A stretch of DNA of 64,000 nucleotides from the human T2T-CHM13v2.0 reference genome, Homo sapiens, in assembly GCF_009914755.1 (NCBI RefSeq), contig NC_060937.1, one strand, 5' to 3'. Below, piece after piece: positions 42,611 to 57,011 of this stretch. The notes under the pieces were generated by a model. The model was not told the origin of the DNA. It made no database searches and saw only the letters and a program-made list of their open reading frames with translations. The translations under genes were made by a program, and so were the position numbers. Each line of letters starts with the position of its first letter. Within the stretch, counting starts at the first letter, position 1.

Positions 42611-44089
42611 TTTGGGGGAAGGTTTTGTTTTTGTTTTATTTATTTATTTTTGTTTTAAACAGAGGTTTGTTTTTATTTAAAGGAGGGGTTTTCTTAAGGC
42701 AGTTGGTCTCAGCAGAGGAAAGTGTCATGTTTTTCCCTGACAACCAGAAATAGGAATCTGTTCTTTCTTTTCTTTCTGGAGATCCAACATCCCAACTGTA
42801 TAACCCCTGCCCCTCCATCCACCCTTCTCTTTCCCAAACCACACACACACACGGTCAGCAACTATAATGAGGATCTTCCCCCAATATGTTGCTGACTTAA
42901 TTTGAGATGTTATTCACACTAAATTGTGAGAAGTTGAGCCTCTTCCACTGTAGCTACCGGAGTAGGGGACAATGATTGCCTGCTCAACACCTCTGCTTCC
43001 TTAGAGAAAGAACCTTAAGTGGTTGGAAATATAGGACACCTTTTTAGCACGGAACTACATTTCCCAGCTTGCACTGCAAGTGTGGCAGTCAAAGAATCTT
43101 AAACGAAAGCTGATGGGGGTCTCTGGGAAAGGCTCCGCAAAGGAGACCGACTCCCCTGGGAAGTGAGCCTTTTGCTTGCCCCTCCTGTCTCCCTAGCTGG
43201 ATATGGGGGTGATTTTGATCAGGTTCAACCATTCCAATGGACATCAGCCTTAGGGCTGAGCAATCTTGGAGGGTCCTGCTGTAGCTTGTGTTAACTCTTT
43301 AGTTGCTGGATCTTGGAGATGACCAGGCATGCCAAGAGGCAGTGGCTCTTTGCCCAGCTGTTCAGAAATATATTGAAGTTAAAACAACTAATTGGCCAAA
43401 CCTATGCATTCTGCATGAATACCAGCGCTGCCTGAGACAAAGATGTGATGACTAGGGATGTCTGGAGTCCAGCTGTCACATATGACCATGAGGTAATCAT
43501 CGAGATGGAAGCCAGGCACTAAGGATGATGGACAAGACAAAGCCTTGGCCTGTGATGAACATGGGGTCATCACACTTGCCCTCTAGATTTCTTTTACAGA
43601 AAGCTGCAGGGCTTCAACTGAATCAGTTGCTGGCATTCCGTCTTCAACGCTGTGGTCCATTATGACTGAAAAAACTCAAATCCACACATTTTGTGGCCAA
43701 AAGGGCACCCCTCTGCCTACAAACTTGAAACTGCTTTGAGGGCTCCCTTGAAGAACCCTCCACCACCCTGTGTCCTTCTCTCGACAAACTCCCATTTGCC
43801 AATTCCCCTGTTACAGTTATCATCAGACCTTTGCACAGTTCTCCAGTCGGGGCCTGACACTTTCTCTTCTGGACATTGTTTTATTAAATCCAAATAAAAT
43901 TTTGGTTAATTTGTGAAGTCTCCATGCCACTCTACTGGCTCCAAGATCCCAGCCCTGACTGCTGCAGGCAGCAAAGCTCCCACATGCAAATCATAATTCT
44001 TCCAACATATGATTCAGAAATTCAAAGACCCCCCCCACAACTAACTTTGCACCCGTTATAAAACAGAATGTGGAGAGGTTTTCTATAAA

Positions 44090-44500
44090 GATGTACAGTT
44101 CAGGCTTGTTTCTACTAGTGAAAAAGTGGAGACAATCTGTGTCCCACAATAGTGAATTAATTTTAAAAATTACGGTCCATCCATCCATCCAATGGACTAC
44201 TAAGCAGCTATTTAAATATAATTATATAAAATAAAAACTTACCAGCAATGTTCAAAATATATTAAGTGAAGTTTGTATTGTACAATTCCTTTTGTAAAAA
44301 TAATGTATAAATATGTGTTCATGTATTTATATGTATTTGCACAAATGCATAAAGTTCATCCCAGAAGGCTAAATACCAAAAATCTTTCTAGTGGTTATCT
44401 CTAAATTTATGGGTGATTGTAAATTTTCCCCTCTGTGACTTTGTATATCTTTCTAATTTTCTAAAATACGTATTATTTTTATAATCAGAAAAATAATACA
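44090..44500 (+). mobile_element. Old L1ME 3' fragment
   Basis: catccaatggactactaagcagctattta...agtggttatctct...tattatttttataatcagaaaaa. Confidence 0.5.
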
Positions 44501-44576
44501 AATACCTATCTCTGTGTCTATTGATATGATGATCTATACCTATTAATCTATAACTTGGGAATAAGTGAAGGATTAG

Positions 44577-44913
<337 letters not shown>

Positions 44914-45349
44914 TAAATCCATTATCCAAAGCTCAGGCTGCCTGGATTTTGGAAACCTAATCTTGTTGAACTTCCCTGTTTCCTGAGTTGTGTCACATGC
45001 TCCAGTGATGTGCCCCCAGTGACAAGCTGTCCAGTTCTTCACAAACAAAGGCTAGAAAAGTCCAGTGGATGACCTTCCACATCTGGGACTGTCGGTGGCC
45101 AGGCCTGGAGTGGCTCCTCCCCTTCTCGTCCCCTCAGCGCAGCTTCCGTCCCACAGACTTGGCACCAGCCACCACCTCTGCCCCAGATCCTTCCGCTCCC
45201 CTTCCCAGGGAGAATGTGTCCTGCCAGCTCTTGCCCCACCAAATGAGGAACGGGGACTTTGCCGCTGTCCCATTCTGAGAGGTTTGCTCATGCAACCAAC
45301 CCTCCCCTGGGGCCTCAGACCAAGGCTGTCTCGGCCCAGCCCTGGACCT

Positions 45350-45735
45350 CAGCCTTAGCTAGGACACAGGAGCGGTCCGCCTGCTCTGTCCGTCCTCGCA
45401 ACTGCCTCCGAGTCCAGCACCCCAGTTCTCAGGCCCAGCCCCGTTTCCTCCTGTCCTTTTTGGTTCTGTGGGTGGCAGAGGCCAGGCAGCGTTTTGGGGT
45501 GGGAGCACTGGAGGAGTCCAGGTGAAGTAGGATCCGCCCATCAGTTCTGAGCCCTGAGTTGACCAGGTTGTCTCCGAGCAGCCCGCCCTGGGCTGGGAGG
45601 CCTTAGCCCAACCCTCCCACCTGACCCAGGGCCGCAGCGACTGCCTGCCGCTCTCCCCGCCTCGCCTACGCCTGTTAGGCCTGGGAGAAACCGAAACCCT
45701 CCTCTGCAGACCATCAGTCAGGGTGACGCAGCAAC
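45350..45735. promoter_or_regulatory. GC/CpG-enriched candidate regulatory element
   Basis: Unique sequence with locally frequent CpGs, GC-box-like ccgccc sites, ISRE-like GAAACCGAAAC (45687-45697) and CRE-like TGACGCA (about 45724). Confidence 0.4.
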
Positions 45736-45803
45736 CTCACAGCCTAGGGTCTAGCACATTTAAAACATTAAAGCGCCTGCTCCATTTAACTTTAGGTGAA
45801 TGA

Positions 45804-46160
<357 letters not shown>

Positions 46161-46163
46161 AGT

Positions 46164-46198
<35 letters not shown>

Positions 46199-46609
46199 GA
46201 GTGAATAAAACCAGAAAAACGGTCCACTTATGTAGTTACAAGTAAATCGAGTTACTCACTTGGAGATTAACATACTTGTGCCTGCCCTCTCCTGCCCCAG
46301 CCAGCACATGTGTCTCCCTGAGGGAATCAGGCAGAAGGCCCAAGAGCAGCCCCTAGACTGTGACTCTTCCAGGGAGGCCTTCGCCAAACCACCGGACAGC
46401 CCTTGCCGGGGGTCGTCATGAACAGGCAGGGCTCTAGGCCAAGCAGGGAGTCCCACAGGAGAGCCCACTGGGCTGTGCTTCCAGGAGAGGGCTGCAGCCT
46501 GCAGAGCTATGCTCCTGTGAGACCAGGAAGGCCAGACCAACCAGCCTGCCCGAGAGGTGGGGAAGGGAAGGCCTTTGTCTTGCCAGATGCTCTAGTTTTG
46601 CTATTTATT

Positions 46610-46790
46610 TGCTGAGTGACTGTGTCAGTAGCTTAGTCTCTGAGGAGAGACACCTCAGACTCTCCTCTGTAAAACGGGCATAATATCAGTAGTTACCTAA
46701 TAAGGAGGTTGTACGGATTAAATGAGTTAACGCTTTCCAGCTGCTTATCACAGTGCCCAACACAGAGTAAGTGCCTAGAAAAACGTTAGG
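46610..46790 (+). mobile_element. MIR SINE
   Basis: ctgtaaaacgggcataata...ggattaaatgagttaa...cacagtgcccaacacagagtaagtgc. Confidence 0.75.
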
Positions 46791-47493
46791 GGTGCAGCGA
46801 CAGCAGTGGGGGTCACTGTGACCACCACTAGCGCCTTCTAGAACTCCCACAAAAAAGCTCTAAGTCATCCAGAAGCCGATCCCCCACCCCACAATGTCAT
46901 CCCTGTCACCCAGGCTACACAATGATCACAGCCGAAAAAGGAACGCCTCTGAGGACAAGCGGAAAGTGTGCCTGGAACATAAATGTTTGCTGAATGCATG
47001 CTGGAATTGAGAGATTGCAAACAAATCAGGGCTCATACGCTCCCCACAAAAAGAAAACGAAACTCACACCCCACTCACAGAGGGTAGTTCAATCCCCTCA
47101 GTAGCTGACAGCGCCAGCCGGCTTAGCTATGCTGGCTGAGTGTGATGCTGGCTCCACTCTCCCTCTGCCTAAGGGAGCATGTGTTCAACAAACATTAACT
47201 TTTCTGTGCCTCTGTTTGCTCATCTCTAAGCTGGGTAGCATAAAAATAGCAACTACTTCGTAGGATTGCTGTAAGAATTAGATGTGATACTGTACATGTA
47301 AAGCACCTAAGTCAGTGCATTTGCACACTGTAAGTGTTCAATGATATTAGTTTTTATCATTTGTTTTCAGAAGATATGAATTTGATCCCTGCCTATACTA
47401 TACTCTCCTAATACTCTGAGCAAATTTTAGTCATCTCTCTGAACTTTGTTCACCTCCTATAAAATGGGAGCATTATCCATTCAGCCTCATTAG

Positions 47494-47916
<423 letters not shown>

Positions 47917-48524
47917 TCCCATCTTTATATGACTTACATCTCTTCCAGTGCCTGGTATATAAATGCCTGTTGAATGAATGAATATAAAACTCTATGATAT
48001 GGTGGCTATTTAACTGCTTGCTGAACATTTGGATTAAAATTGAAGTACTTTTATGTGGCTTCAGCAATGGTGGCTCAACAGATGAGATGGTTTCAAGAGA
48101 GATTACAGACTGGCAACCACCCTTGGGTCTGTCTGTTGCTTCCTTTTTTTCCTTTTTTATGAACATGGGCTGTTACAATCAAGTCAAACACATCTCAGCA
48201 GCTTTGAGTCTTTGGGCCCTACCTCCCGAAGGGAGGACCAAAGGTCACCTTCTTTGTTCATCTAACAGATGAGTAAAAGATACACTGCAGCCCCCAGATG
48301 ATCTCTGCCTCATTCCAGAATCAGGATCAACTTTGAAACAATTAACAAGTTGTCGTCTCTTAGTCCTAGAGGACTTGGAGTCTACTTCAGTTCTACTTTA
48401 GCTTTTTCCAAGGTCGTGCCCTAACTTTATGCCTGCAGTTCTTCGTCTTAACCAATCTCATTCTAAAGAGTTGTCCATTTTAATGGCCCTGGGCCAACAG
48501 CCTGCCAAAGAAATAAAAATAAAA

Positions 48525-48712
48525 TAGCAGAAGGAGGAGAGAAAAGAGAAGGAAAAGAAGAAGAGGGAGAGGAGGAAAAAAACAGAAGGGGAAGGAAGAG
48601 GAGGAGAAGGGATGGAAGGGAAGGAGGAGGAGAAGAAAGAGGAAGAGGAGAAGGAGGAAAAAGAGGGAGAAGAGAAGGAGAAGGAAAAGCAAAAGGAGCA
48701 GGAAAGAAAAAC
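48525..48712. repeat. GA-rich low-complexity tract
   Basis: Almost purely A/G (gaggag, gaagga units). Confidence 0.85.
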
Positions 48713-50084
48713 AATAGTTTTTTGATTCCGTGAATTAGTCAGAAACCATCAACACTAAGTAGGCGTGTCTCAACTTGTCCTCTTGGAACTCTGGAATGAA
48801 GCAAATCCCCTCATGGGCTCTACTAGAGCACGTTAATTCTAACAAGATGAAGTTGCTGTTCCAGTAATTCATTTCAAGAAAACTTTCCTGGAAAGCTGTA
48901 CTTTCCCCATAAGAAACCACTGCTTTATTAAGGTGCTTAAGATTATGGGGACTTGGCATGCAGGCATGCTGAAGGCATCACTTATTTCTGGCCAGGCCCT
49001 GATTGCTATGTGGGCTCACAAAACAGTGCCGAGCAGGGAACAGAGGGAGCATAGCGACCAGGTATGTCTCTAGTCCTTCCCAGGTCTCCTTCCCCTTTTG
49101 AAAATGGAGATGACGGTACCTGCCCAGGGATTCCACCAGGGTCGATAAGATCATGTGTGTATAACTGGTTTGAACTCCTTAGAGAAACAGTGTTCTTTAA
49201 ATATCATTTCATTATCAGGTATGATTTTTAAATCTGTGCTTGTGTAACCAAGCAACAATACTTGAGGGGCATCTCTAACCCTATTAGCCAGTGTTCCCTA
49301 GAAGGTCACCCACTCTCAACTCTTGCTCTCACCCCTTTTGTCCTTTCCCTCTGACCAGCCTGCAAAGAAAAACAAGAAAAAGACCAAAAAAAAGTAAAGG
49401 ACACAAACATCCAGGGTACACCTCCTGTGTGTCGGGTATAAAGCTAGGTGCTTTGTGAAAATCATCTCATTTAATCTGCACAGCACCAGGTGAGAAAGGG
49501 ATTATCATCAACATATCCCTGAAGAAATAGGCTCAGAAAGATTAAGTAATTTGTAGAATCAAAATGCTAACCAAGGTGTTCCTGGCTTACTCTTTCTATT
49601 CGACAATGCCATTGTCCCTCAAAGAGCTCTAAAAAGATTCTCCTACCCCAACACATTTGAGAGCCGCTGGCATGGACCTGGTTAATGAGCTCAACTCATA
49701 AATATATACTGGGGGCTCATTATTATGAAAGATGACCATTGCTAATCGGATTACAATCTCATTTATAAAAAAGTCCTGAACCCATTTTTTTCAACAGAGT
49801 TCAGTCTGGCTGAGTTAATGACTTGTCTACCAGCCACTCTTAACCTAGTTCTGACCTGCCTTCCGCTGGTTGGCAATAAGCCCATCTAATCCTTCCTGGA
49901 CTTGTACCCTGTGGATAGGTAGACGCAGTGAGACACTGGAGGAATGCAACCAGTGATGGAAAATTGTTTTGACACCTTGCCTCTCTCCTCCCTCATGTCA
50001 CACACTACTTCTTTTGTGTTCCACCAACCTTCGATCTCTTTTTTACCCCACACATTCTGCAAACATCAAGGATCCTTGTTAAAG

Positions 50085-50275
50085 CTCAGACAGATCTATG
50101 TTTAAATCCAAGACCCTGATCCTTGGGCATGTTCCTTAACTTCTCTCAGTCTCACTTTGTCTACCTGAAAAATGTGGGAGAATAGGGTTGCTGTGAAGAT
50201 TCAATAAGATAATACATCCATAAAAGGTACTTAGCATAGCACCTGCACATGTAAATAGTAGCTGCATATTATTAT
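50085..50275 (+). mobile_element. MIR SINE
   Basis: ccttgggcatgttccttaacttctct...tagggttgctgtgaagatt...cttagcatagcacctgcaca. Confidence 0.7.
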
Positions 50276-50297
50276 TTCTTTTTTCAAAGTCTATCCC

Positions 50298-50401
50298 TTT
50301 TAATTTGAGGGATCATAGTCATTGTCCCTCAATGTCTATGACCCCAATTAAAAGGGATCATAGTCATTGAGGGACAATGACTATGATCCCTCAAATTAAA
50401 A
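50298..50401. repeat. Near-perfect inverted repeat (hairpin)
   Basis: 50298-50334 is the exact reverse complement of 50365-50401 (37 bp); pairing extends inward to an 8-nt loop with two mismatches. Confidence 0.95.
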
Positions 50402-50548
50402 CTTCTAATTGTGGTTTAAGCTCCTTAATAGTTATACCTATTTCTCATATTTATTTATTCTTTCATACACCAAATATTTGCTGAGGATCTACCACATACC
50501 CGGCCAGGACAATGTACATCACAGATGCAAACACCTGCCTCCCTGTTA

Positions 50549-50896
50549 TGTATTAGTCTGTTTTCATGTTGCTATAAAGACACTACCCGAGACTGGGTGA
50601 TTTATAAACAAAGGAGGTTTAATTGACTCAGTTCCATATGACTGGGGAGGCCTCAGGAAACTTACAATCATGGTGGAAGGGGAAGCATGCACCTTCTTCA
50701 CAAAGCAGCAGGTGCGAGTGTGAGCCCAGGGGGAAGAGCCTCTTATAAAACCATCAGATCTCATAAGAACTCAGTAACTATCAGGAGAACAGCAAGAGGA
50801 AACCGCCTCCATGATCTAGTCATCTCCCTTCCTCAACACATGGGGATAACAATTCGAGATGAGATTTGGGTGGGGACACAGAGCCAAACTATATCA
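50549..50896 (-). mobile_element. THE1D/MSTA-like solo LTR
   Basis: tgtattagtctgttttcatgttgctataaag...ggggacacagagccaaactatatca; TSD TGTTA/TGGTA (4/5). Confidence 0.9.
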
Positions 50897-51159
50897 TGGT
50901 ATTTACACTACAGAGGACAGAAAAAAAAGCAGCCAACCAACCAAGACTTAAAGGAGATTTGAGAAGGGGCCACATAAATATGAGAAAGAGAGGGCCAGGA
51001 AACGAGTGTGGCTTGTGCAAAGGCCCTGAGGCTAACAGGTAGCTGGCAGGCTTCAAACACAAGGGCAGTGGACATTCTGGCTGGAGGAGGGAGGCAGGGG
51101 CAGAGAGACATGAGGTCAGGCAGAGCAGACATTTGCCGTGGGTACAAAATTAAGGGGCA

Positions 51160-51460
<301 letters not shown>

Positions 51461-54400
51461 TTAAGGGCAGCAAAAAGCTCAGTAATCAAGATGAATAATA
51501 TTTTAATGCAATATTTTTAAAGATCATATTTAATACAAAAAAATCATGATTAAACATCAATATTTTAGATAATGATAGGATCAGTGATTCTCCCTTTTGC
51601 CTCAGGCTCTGCTATGGCCCAGCACAGTGTCCATCTTGAGAATGGAGAAGCCCCCTTATATTTTGTGCCTGGAGCCAGTGCCTCATTTGCTTCACCCTCC
51701 TCCCAGCCCTGAGTGCGAGAGGAGCAGGGGCAGGCAATGCAGGACCCCTGCATTTGTGAAACATGACCTGACATGCACCCGACTCCTCCAGCCACTGTCC
51801 TCTGTGTGCCCCGTCCTCTCTGCTGCAGTCACGCACATGCCATCGTGGCCCATGGCCACCGTCCTCCTCCTTGACACTCTAGAAGCTGCTCTGTCTGAGC
51901 GAGGCGGCAGAGTTTACAACAGGATGTGGTTATTGGCGCTGCACAGATATGTGAGGGGAGCCTAGACGTCCGGTGTGTTCATTCAGCAGGGTGGCTAAGG
52001 ACCTCCTCTGTGCCAGTCACCAGGCTAGATGACAGGATGTGACAGGGAGCAAGAAGCCTGTGGAGCCTGGGCTGCTAGCCCACTCATAACCCTAGGAGTC
52101 TTCACACAAGATCAAGGAGACCTGAAATAAATGGCCAGAAATCAACCCTCAGATGATACAGTCAGCCAGCAGCCTCAGCTTCAGAGGCAAGGTAGCCAAC
52201 GGCCATGAAGATGTTCTTCAGCCCAGACACATGTGGGTAGGAGCCTGGCCGTATCGCCTAGAAGCTGTGGGATCTTAAACAGTTTACAGAGTCGTTCCAA
52301 GGGTCAATTTTCTCATCTGTGGAGTGGAAACAGATTCCCTTCAGAGGCCCCCTGTGAGGAGCAGAGAATGGCTGTGAGGTGTGTGACGTGCTTGATGAGA
52401 ACCGTCTCTGTCAGCATTATGATGGCAGCACTGAAGTGCTTTCTGTTTCTATCCTGACCTACAATGGTGCCTCTTTCTGTCATGAAGTATAGGTAAGAGT
52501 TGGTGAAAGAATGGCAGGCTCCTCCAGCAGCTCCCAGTTCCTGCAGGGAGGCAGCCGGCAGCACATTTAAGGAAGCCCTGCCGGTCAGACACTTGGAGAA
52601 GGAACGAGATGTTGCCAGCACCACTCACCAGGTTTGCAAATAAACTGTCACATCTCAGCTCTCACCAGTGCGTGGCTGTGACAGACAGGTTCATGTGTGT
52701 GCAACACCCTCTTCCCTGCCACCCCCAACTTTAACACTTTCTGTTGAAAAATCCCAGGCTGCACAGAAAAGCAGCTTTCAAGTAGATGGAGGAATTTGTG
52801 AGTATCAGGTCTTCCCAGCAGGGGAGTGAGGACAGCCGGTGCCAGTTCCTGCATCCTTAGCCTGATTGTCGGCTGAATTGCAGAATTTGCAGCAAAGTTT
52901 CTAAGGATCACCAGCCTGGGTGGTTCAAACTGGCAAGGTCCAGTGCCCATGCATGGAGCCCAAGCTACCTGCCAGTTTGATGACAGGTTGGTAGGGCTCC
53001 ACCTTGGAATTTTAGGCCAGAGAGAAAAGGTCGGAGCCCCTCTCTGTGGTACCTCTGGGGAAAGCCAGAAACAAGGATGCAAAGAATAGTCCAGAGTTTT
53101 GAGCTGGAAGGTATCTCAAAAAACAGGTAGTCCAGTCATTTTCAAATGTCCACTTTTACAGGGAAAACCTTGCTTATCTCAAATATAATCATATTATAAA
53201 CTTAATATGTATTTTTAAAAAGAAGAAAAAAACATGCTCTTCTGTGTTGCTCAACAGGGATGCTATTGAAAATTCCAGAAAGAATTTATTTTGTGGAACA
53301 GTCCTGTTGCACAAAATATTTCGTATTCCTGGGCCCCATCCCCAACATTGGTGGTCCCCCCTCCGCCACCTCAAGTGACTGAAACTAAAAAGCCCCACAC
53401 ATTTCTCAATGCCCTCTGTGGTTACCGCTCCCACTGGGAACTCATCTAATTAAGTGGGGTTGCAAGGGAGAGGGCAGCCACTGAGCCTGAGATGGTACCC
53501 TTCAACCTGGCCTCTGCAGAGCATCCTCTGAAAACCACCATGGGGTTGCCTGACAACACCCGAGGCAGAACATTCTCACTGTATTGCCTGAAATAAGCCC
53601 TTTAGCCTCTGGGGGCCTCAATTTTCTCCTCTGCAAAACAGCAATGATAATCCTTTCCTGTTCCATAGCACCTTTGTGGGGACCAAATGAGGCCTTGCGC
53701 ACAGCATACTTTGTAAACTCCCGAGCCCTTGCTGATGTACAGCATCCTTCATCGTATTACTCTCCTGTGTATATAAAGACACTGTTATCCAAGTCTTTTG
53801 AAAAGACTTACCATGGAAACCAAATAATAAAAGCAAAAAGCTCAGTCATAAGGCTTTCACTGAAACCTGCTTCTATTCGCATCCGTTGCACACACAGCCC
53901 CTGGAGACAATGGCTGTGCTCCACTCCCACTGAGACACCTACTTCGGCTTTTGTTAGCTGCCAAGACAATCAACCAACCTCGGCCTGTAGCAGAGTCTCA
54001 GCCGGCACGACTGGGAGGCCCACAACTTAGAGAAAACTGCTTAGTGGGCCTCAGTCCTTTCCCTGTTACCCAAATGGTGCTTTTGACTTGAAAATGTATC
54101 AGGAAAAAAGTTATGAACAGACACTTCACCCAACTTCACACCTGTACCAGGTCTAGATGTCACCATTTTGACAATGTCTGTAGTATTTTCAGTGTTTTGA
54201 CAGGTTGGAACCTAATTCATTAACAAAAGTTGAGATTTTCATTGAAAGGAGAATCAAGATGACATCACATCATTGAGGTCTCTCTTTCCCCTGGATTACT
54301 TGAAAAGTAGTCCTCAAGTCATAAAAGAAGGCTGTGCAGGTATGTTTTTCAGAATGAATGCAGAAAAAAAAATCCATTCTAACTTCACTGTAAGCCACGG

Positions 54401-55399
54401 CCAATGTTTTTCCAAGTTCCATATCTTAGTAGGTGAAATAGGTGGGTTTATTTATTTCTTTTCCTCTGTTCCTCATTCCCATGTTTGAGGTATGCATTAC
54501 CCTGAAATGAGTGTCCTTCTAATATTCCCAGATAAGCCCCAGGAGCCAGGAGGAGTTGCTTTAGTAGGCTTAGGATCAGCTTTGCAGGATAAAATCTCAC
54601 AATATCTCCACTTACTCCCACCCTTGGCCATTGTTTTATCTAGTTTGGCTAAATACAACTTATGGTTCAAAGAGAAAATGCATGGCATGGTTTTGCTGAC
54701 TTCCTCAAAATATCCAAGGGATTCCACATGGGTAAATGTAATATAAATAAGAAGTACATGATTCCATTTCTCTGTAAACATGCCTGGGCTAAAGATAAAT
54801 GGAAAGGGTGCCTGGCTTAAAACCCTCTACTTTCTCCACCTCAGAAAAAAGTAGCATGAACAAATAAAGCAGATCCAAAACACCAGCTCAGGATCACCAA
54901 ACACAAAGGAGGAAAATACTGAAATGGCAAAGGAAAACGTAAGTGAAACTTTCCATCTTCATTCACACTGGGGAGCCCAGAGAAGCTAAATCAGCAACTG
55001 AATTTTTAAGGATCACGTGTGGCTTTATTGTCACCACTGGCAGTAGAGGTCTGGCCATCTTACCCACGGCCCCGGAGCAGCTGCACTTTGGCTGTGTTCG
55101 TCTTTGCTGGTGTATCCCAGCTTGTTGCCAAGGAAAAATGAAATAGAAGCCCAGGAGCAAAAGGCCAATAATGGCAGCAGAAGAAAGGAAACCTGTTAGA
55201 ATGTCTCTGCCTCTCCATCACCTTTGCTTCCTTTTTAACACTTACTCTTCTAGACCAGATGCTTGTGCTAATAAAGGCCTATTAAATAAGCAACTCAAAA
55301 ACAATACAGGAGCAAGTCGTCCCACGATAAACGTTGATTAACCCATAATGGACAGTGCACCTTCAAACGGAGGATCTGGGTGCTAAGCAGCAATACAGC

Positions 55400-55630
55400 T
55401 AGTTGGTAAGCACATGACTCCTCATTGAGTCAAAGCAGCTTTGCCACTTACTTTCTGTGTGACACAGGACAAGTCAGTCTCTCCAATTCTCAGATTTGGC
55501 ATTCATCTAATGGGATTAATAACTATGACTATCTCATGATTTTTGTGTGCCTTAAGGAAATAATCCAGATATACTCTTAACACTTTGCCTGGTACAAAAT
55601 TCTTACAAAGGTTAGTCATTGTTACTGTTA
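55400..55630 (+). mobile_element. MIR SINE
   Basis: ctttgccacttactttctgtgtgacacaggacaagtca...aatgggattaataac. Confidence 0.65.
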
Positions 55631-56157
55631 GAGATTTGAAAATATGCCATATGAGAGGCAAGTGAAATACCCTCTCTAAACCACTTCACTCCCAACTCTG
55701 CATAACTCGCAGCTACACGGTGCTCACCAGTTACAGCGCTTAATTCGAGTTTTAAAATTTCTGTTCCCATTTCTTATGCACCATTAAATCTGAGAGAGTG
55801 GGAATTCCTCTGGGTACCTGGCCAGGCCCCTGCCTGCATCTGGACCCACCTGGATATTGCATGGATATAAAGAGCACAGCCTGGAGTTTTCATCTACAAA
55901 GAAACAGTCTCACTCCGGCCAGCACTGCCTACACGAAAAGATGGCCAGTCTCTAAGAGAAATACTTTGTCTCAGAGAGCAAGCATAAGGATTTTCCACAG
56001 GCTCCCTATCCAAGAGGAACTTCCTGGTAATGAACCATGCAGTGTGCTCATATTTACACGTTAGGCATGCCTGATGTCCAAATCAAAGGCAGCCTCTGGC
56101 ATTCAGGGTGACACCAATTAAGGGGGTGGCAGCAGCATCCTAGACCATTGAAAATGC

Positions 56158-56681
56158 CAAAGGATTATAAATCATTCTACTGTAAAGACACATGCACACA
56201 TATGTTTATTGCAGCAGTATTTACAATAGCAAAGACTTGGAACCAACCCAAATTCCCATCAATGATAGACTGGATAAAGAAAGTGTGGCACATATACACC
56301 ATGGAATACTATGCAGCCATAAAAAAGAATGAGTTCATGTCCTTTGCAGGGACGTGGATGAAGCTGGAAACCATCATTCTCAGCAAACTAACACAGGAAC
56401 AGAAAACCAAACACCACATGTTCTTACTTATAAGTGGGAGTTGAATAATGAGAATACATAGACACAGGGAGGGGAACATCACACACGGGGGCCTATTGGG
56501 GGGTGAGGGGCAAGGGGAGGGAGAGAATTAGGACAAATACCTAATGCATGCAGGGCTTAAAACCTAGATGACGGGTTGATGGGTGCAACATGTATACCTA
56601 TGCATATGTATACCTATGCAACAAACCTGCACATTCTGCACATGTATCCCAGAACTTAAACTAAAATAAAAAAATAAAAAA
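56158..56681 (+). mobile_element. 5'-truncated L1PA (about PA7-10): ORF2 C-terminus and 3'UTR
   Basis: Encodes PKDYKSFYCKDTCTHMFIAA...LISGS*, followed by L1 3'UTR and A-rich tail; TSD GAAAATGCCA at 56150-56159 and 57007-57016. Confidence 0.93.
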
Positions 56682-56704
56682 TATACACATATGCAAACCG
56701 GTAC

Positions 56705-56924
56705 AGGGAAAGAAAGGAAGGAAGGAAGGAAGGAAGGAAGGAAGGAAGGAAGGAAGGAAGGAAGGAGAAGGGAAGGGAAGGGAAGGGAAGGGAAAGGAAA
56801 GGAAAGGAAAGGAAAGGAAAGGAAGAAAGAAAAAGAAAGAGAGAAAGAAAGAAAGAAAAAAAGAAAAGAAAAGAGAAAGAAAGAGAGAGAAAGAAAGAAA
56901 GAAAGGAAGGAAGGAAGGAAGGAA

Positions 56925-56994
<70 letters not shown>

Positions 56995-57011
56995 GAAAGA
57001 AAGAAAGAAAA
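56705..57011. repeat. ~300-bp pure purine compound microsatellite (GGAA/GGGAA/GGAAA/GAAA)n
   Basis: Only A and G across the interval. Confidence 0.95.

Noticed and set aside
46170-46201. Long poly(T) run as a separate retroposon
   Set aside because: No element body or clear TSD beyond three bases; indistinguishable from a simple homopolymer.
50298-50401. Hairpin as a MADE1 or other known MITE, or a CRISPR-like repeat
   Set aside because: No match to terminal repeats I recognise, no flanking TSD, and no repeat-spacer periodicity.
56148-56444. 98-aa ORF resembling the ORF2p C-terminus as a gene
   Set aside because: It is the remnant of a 5'-truncated L1 with no promoter.
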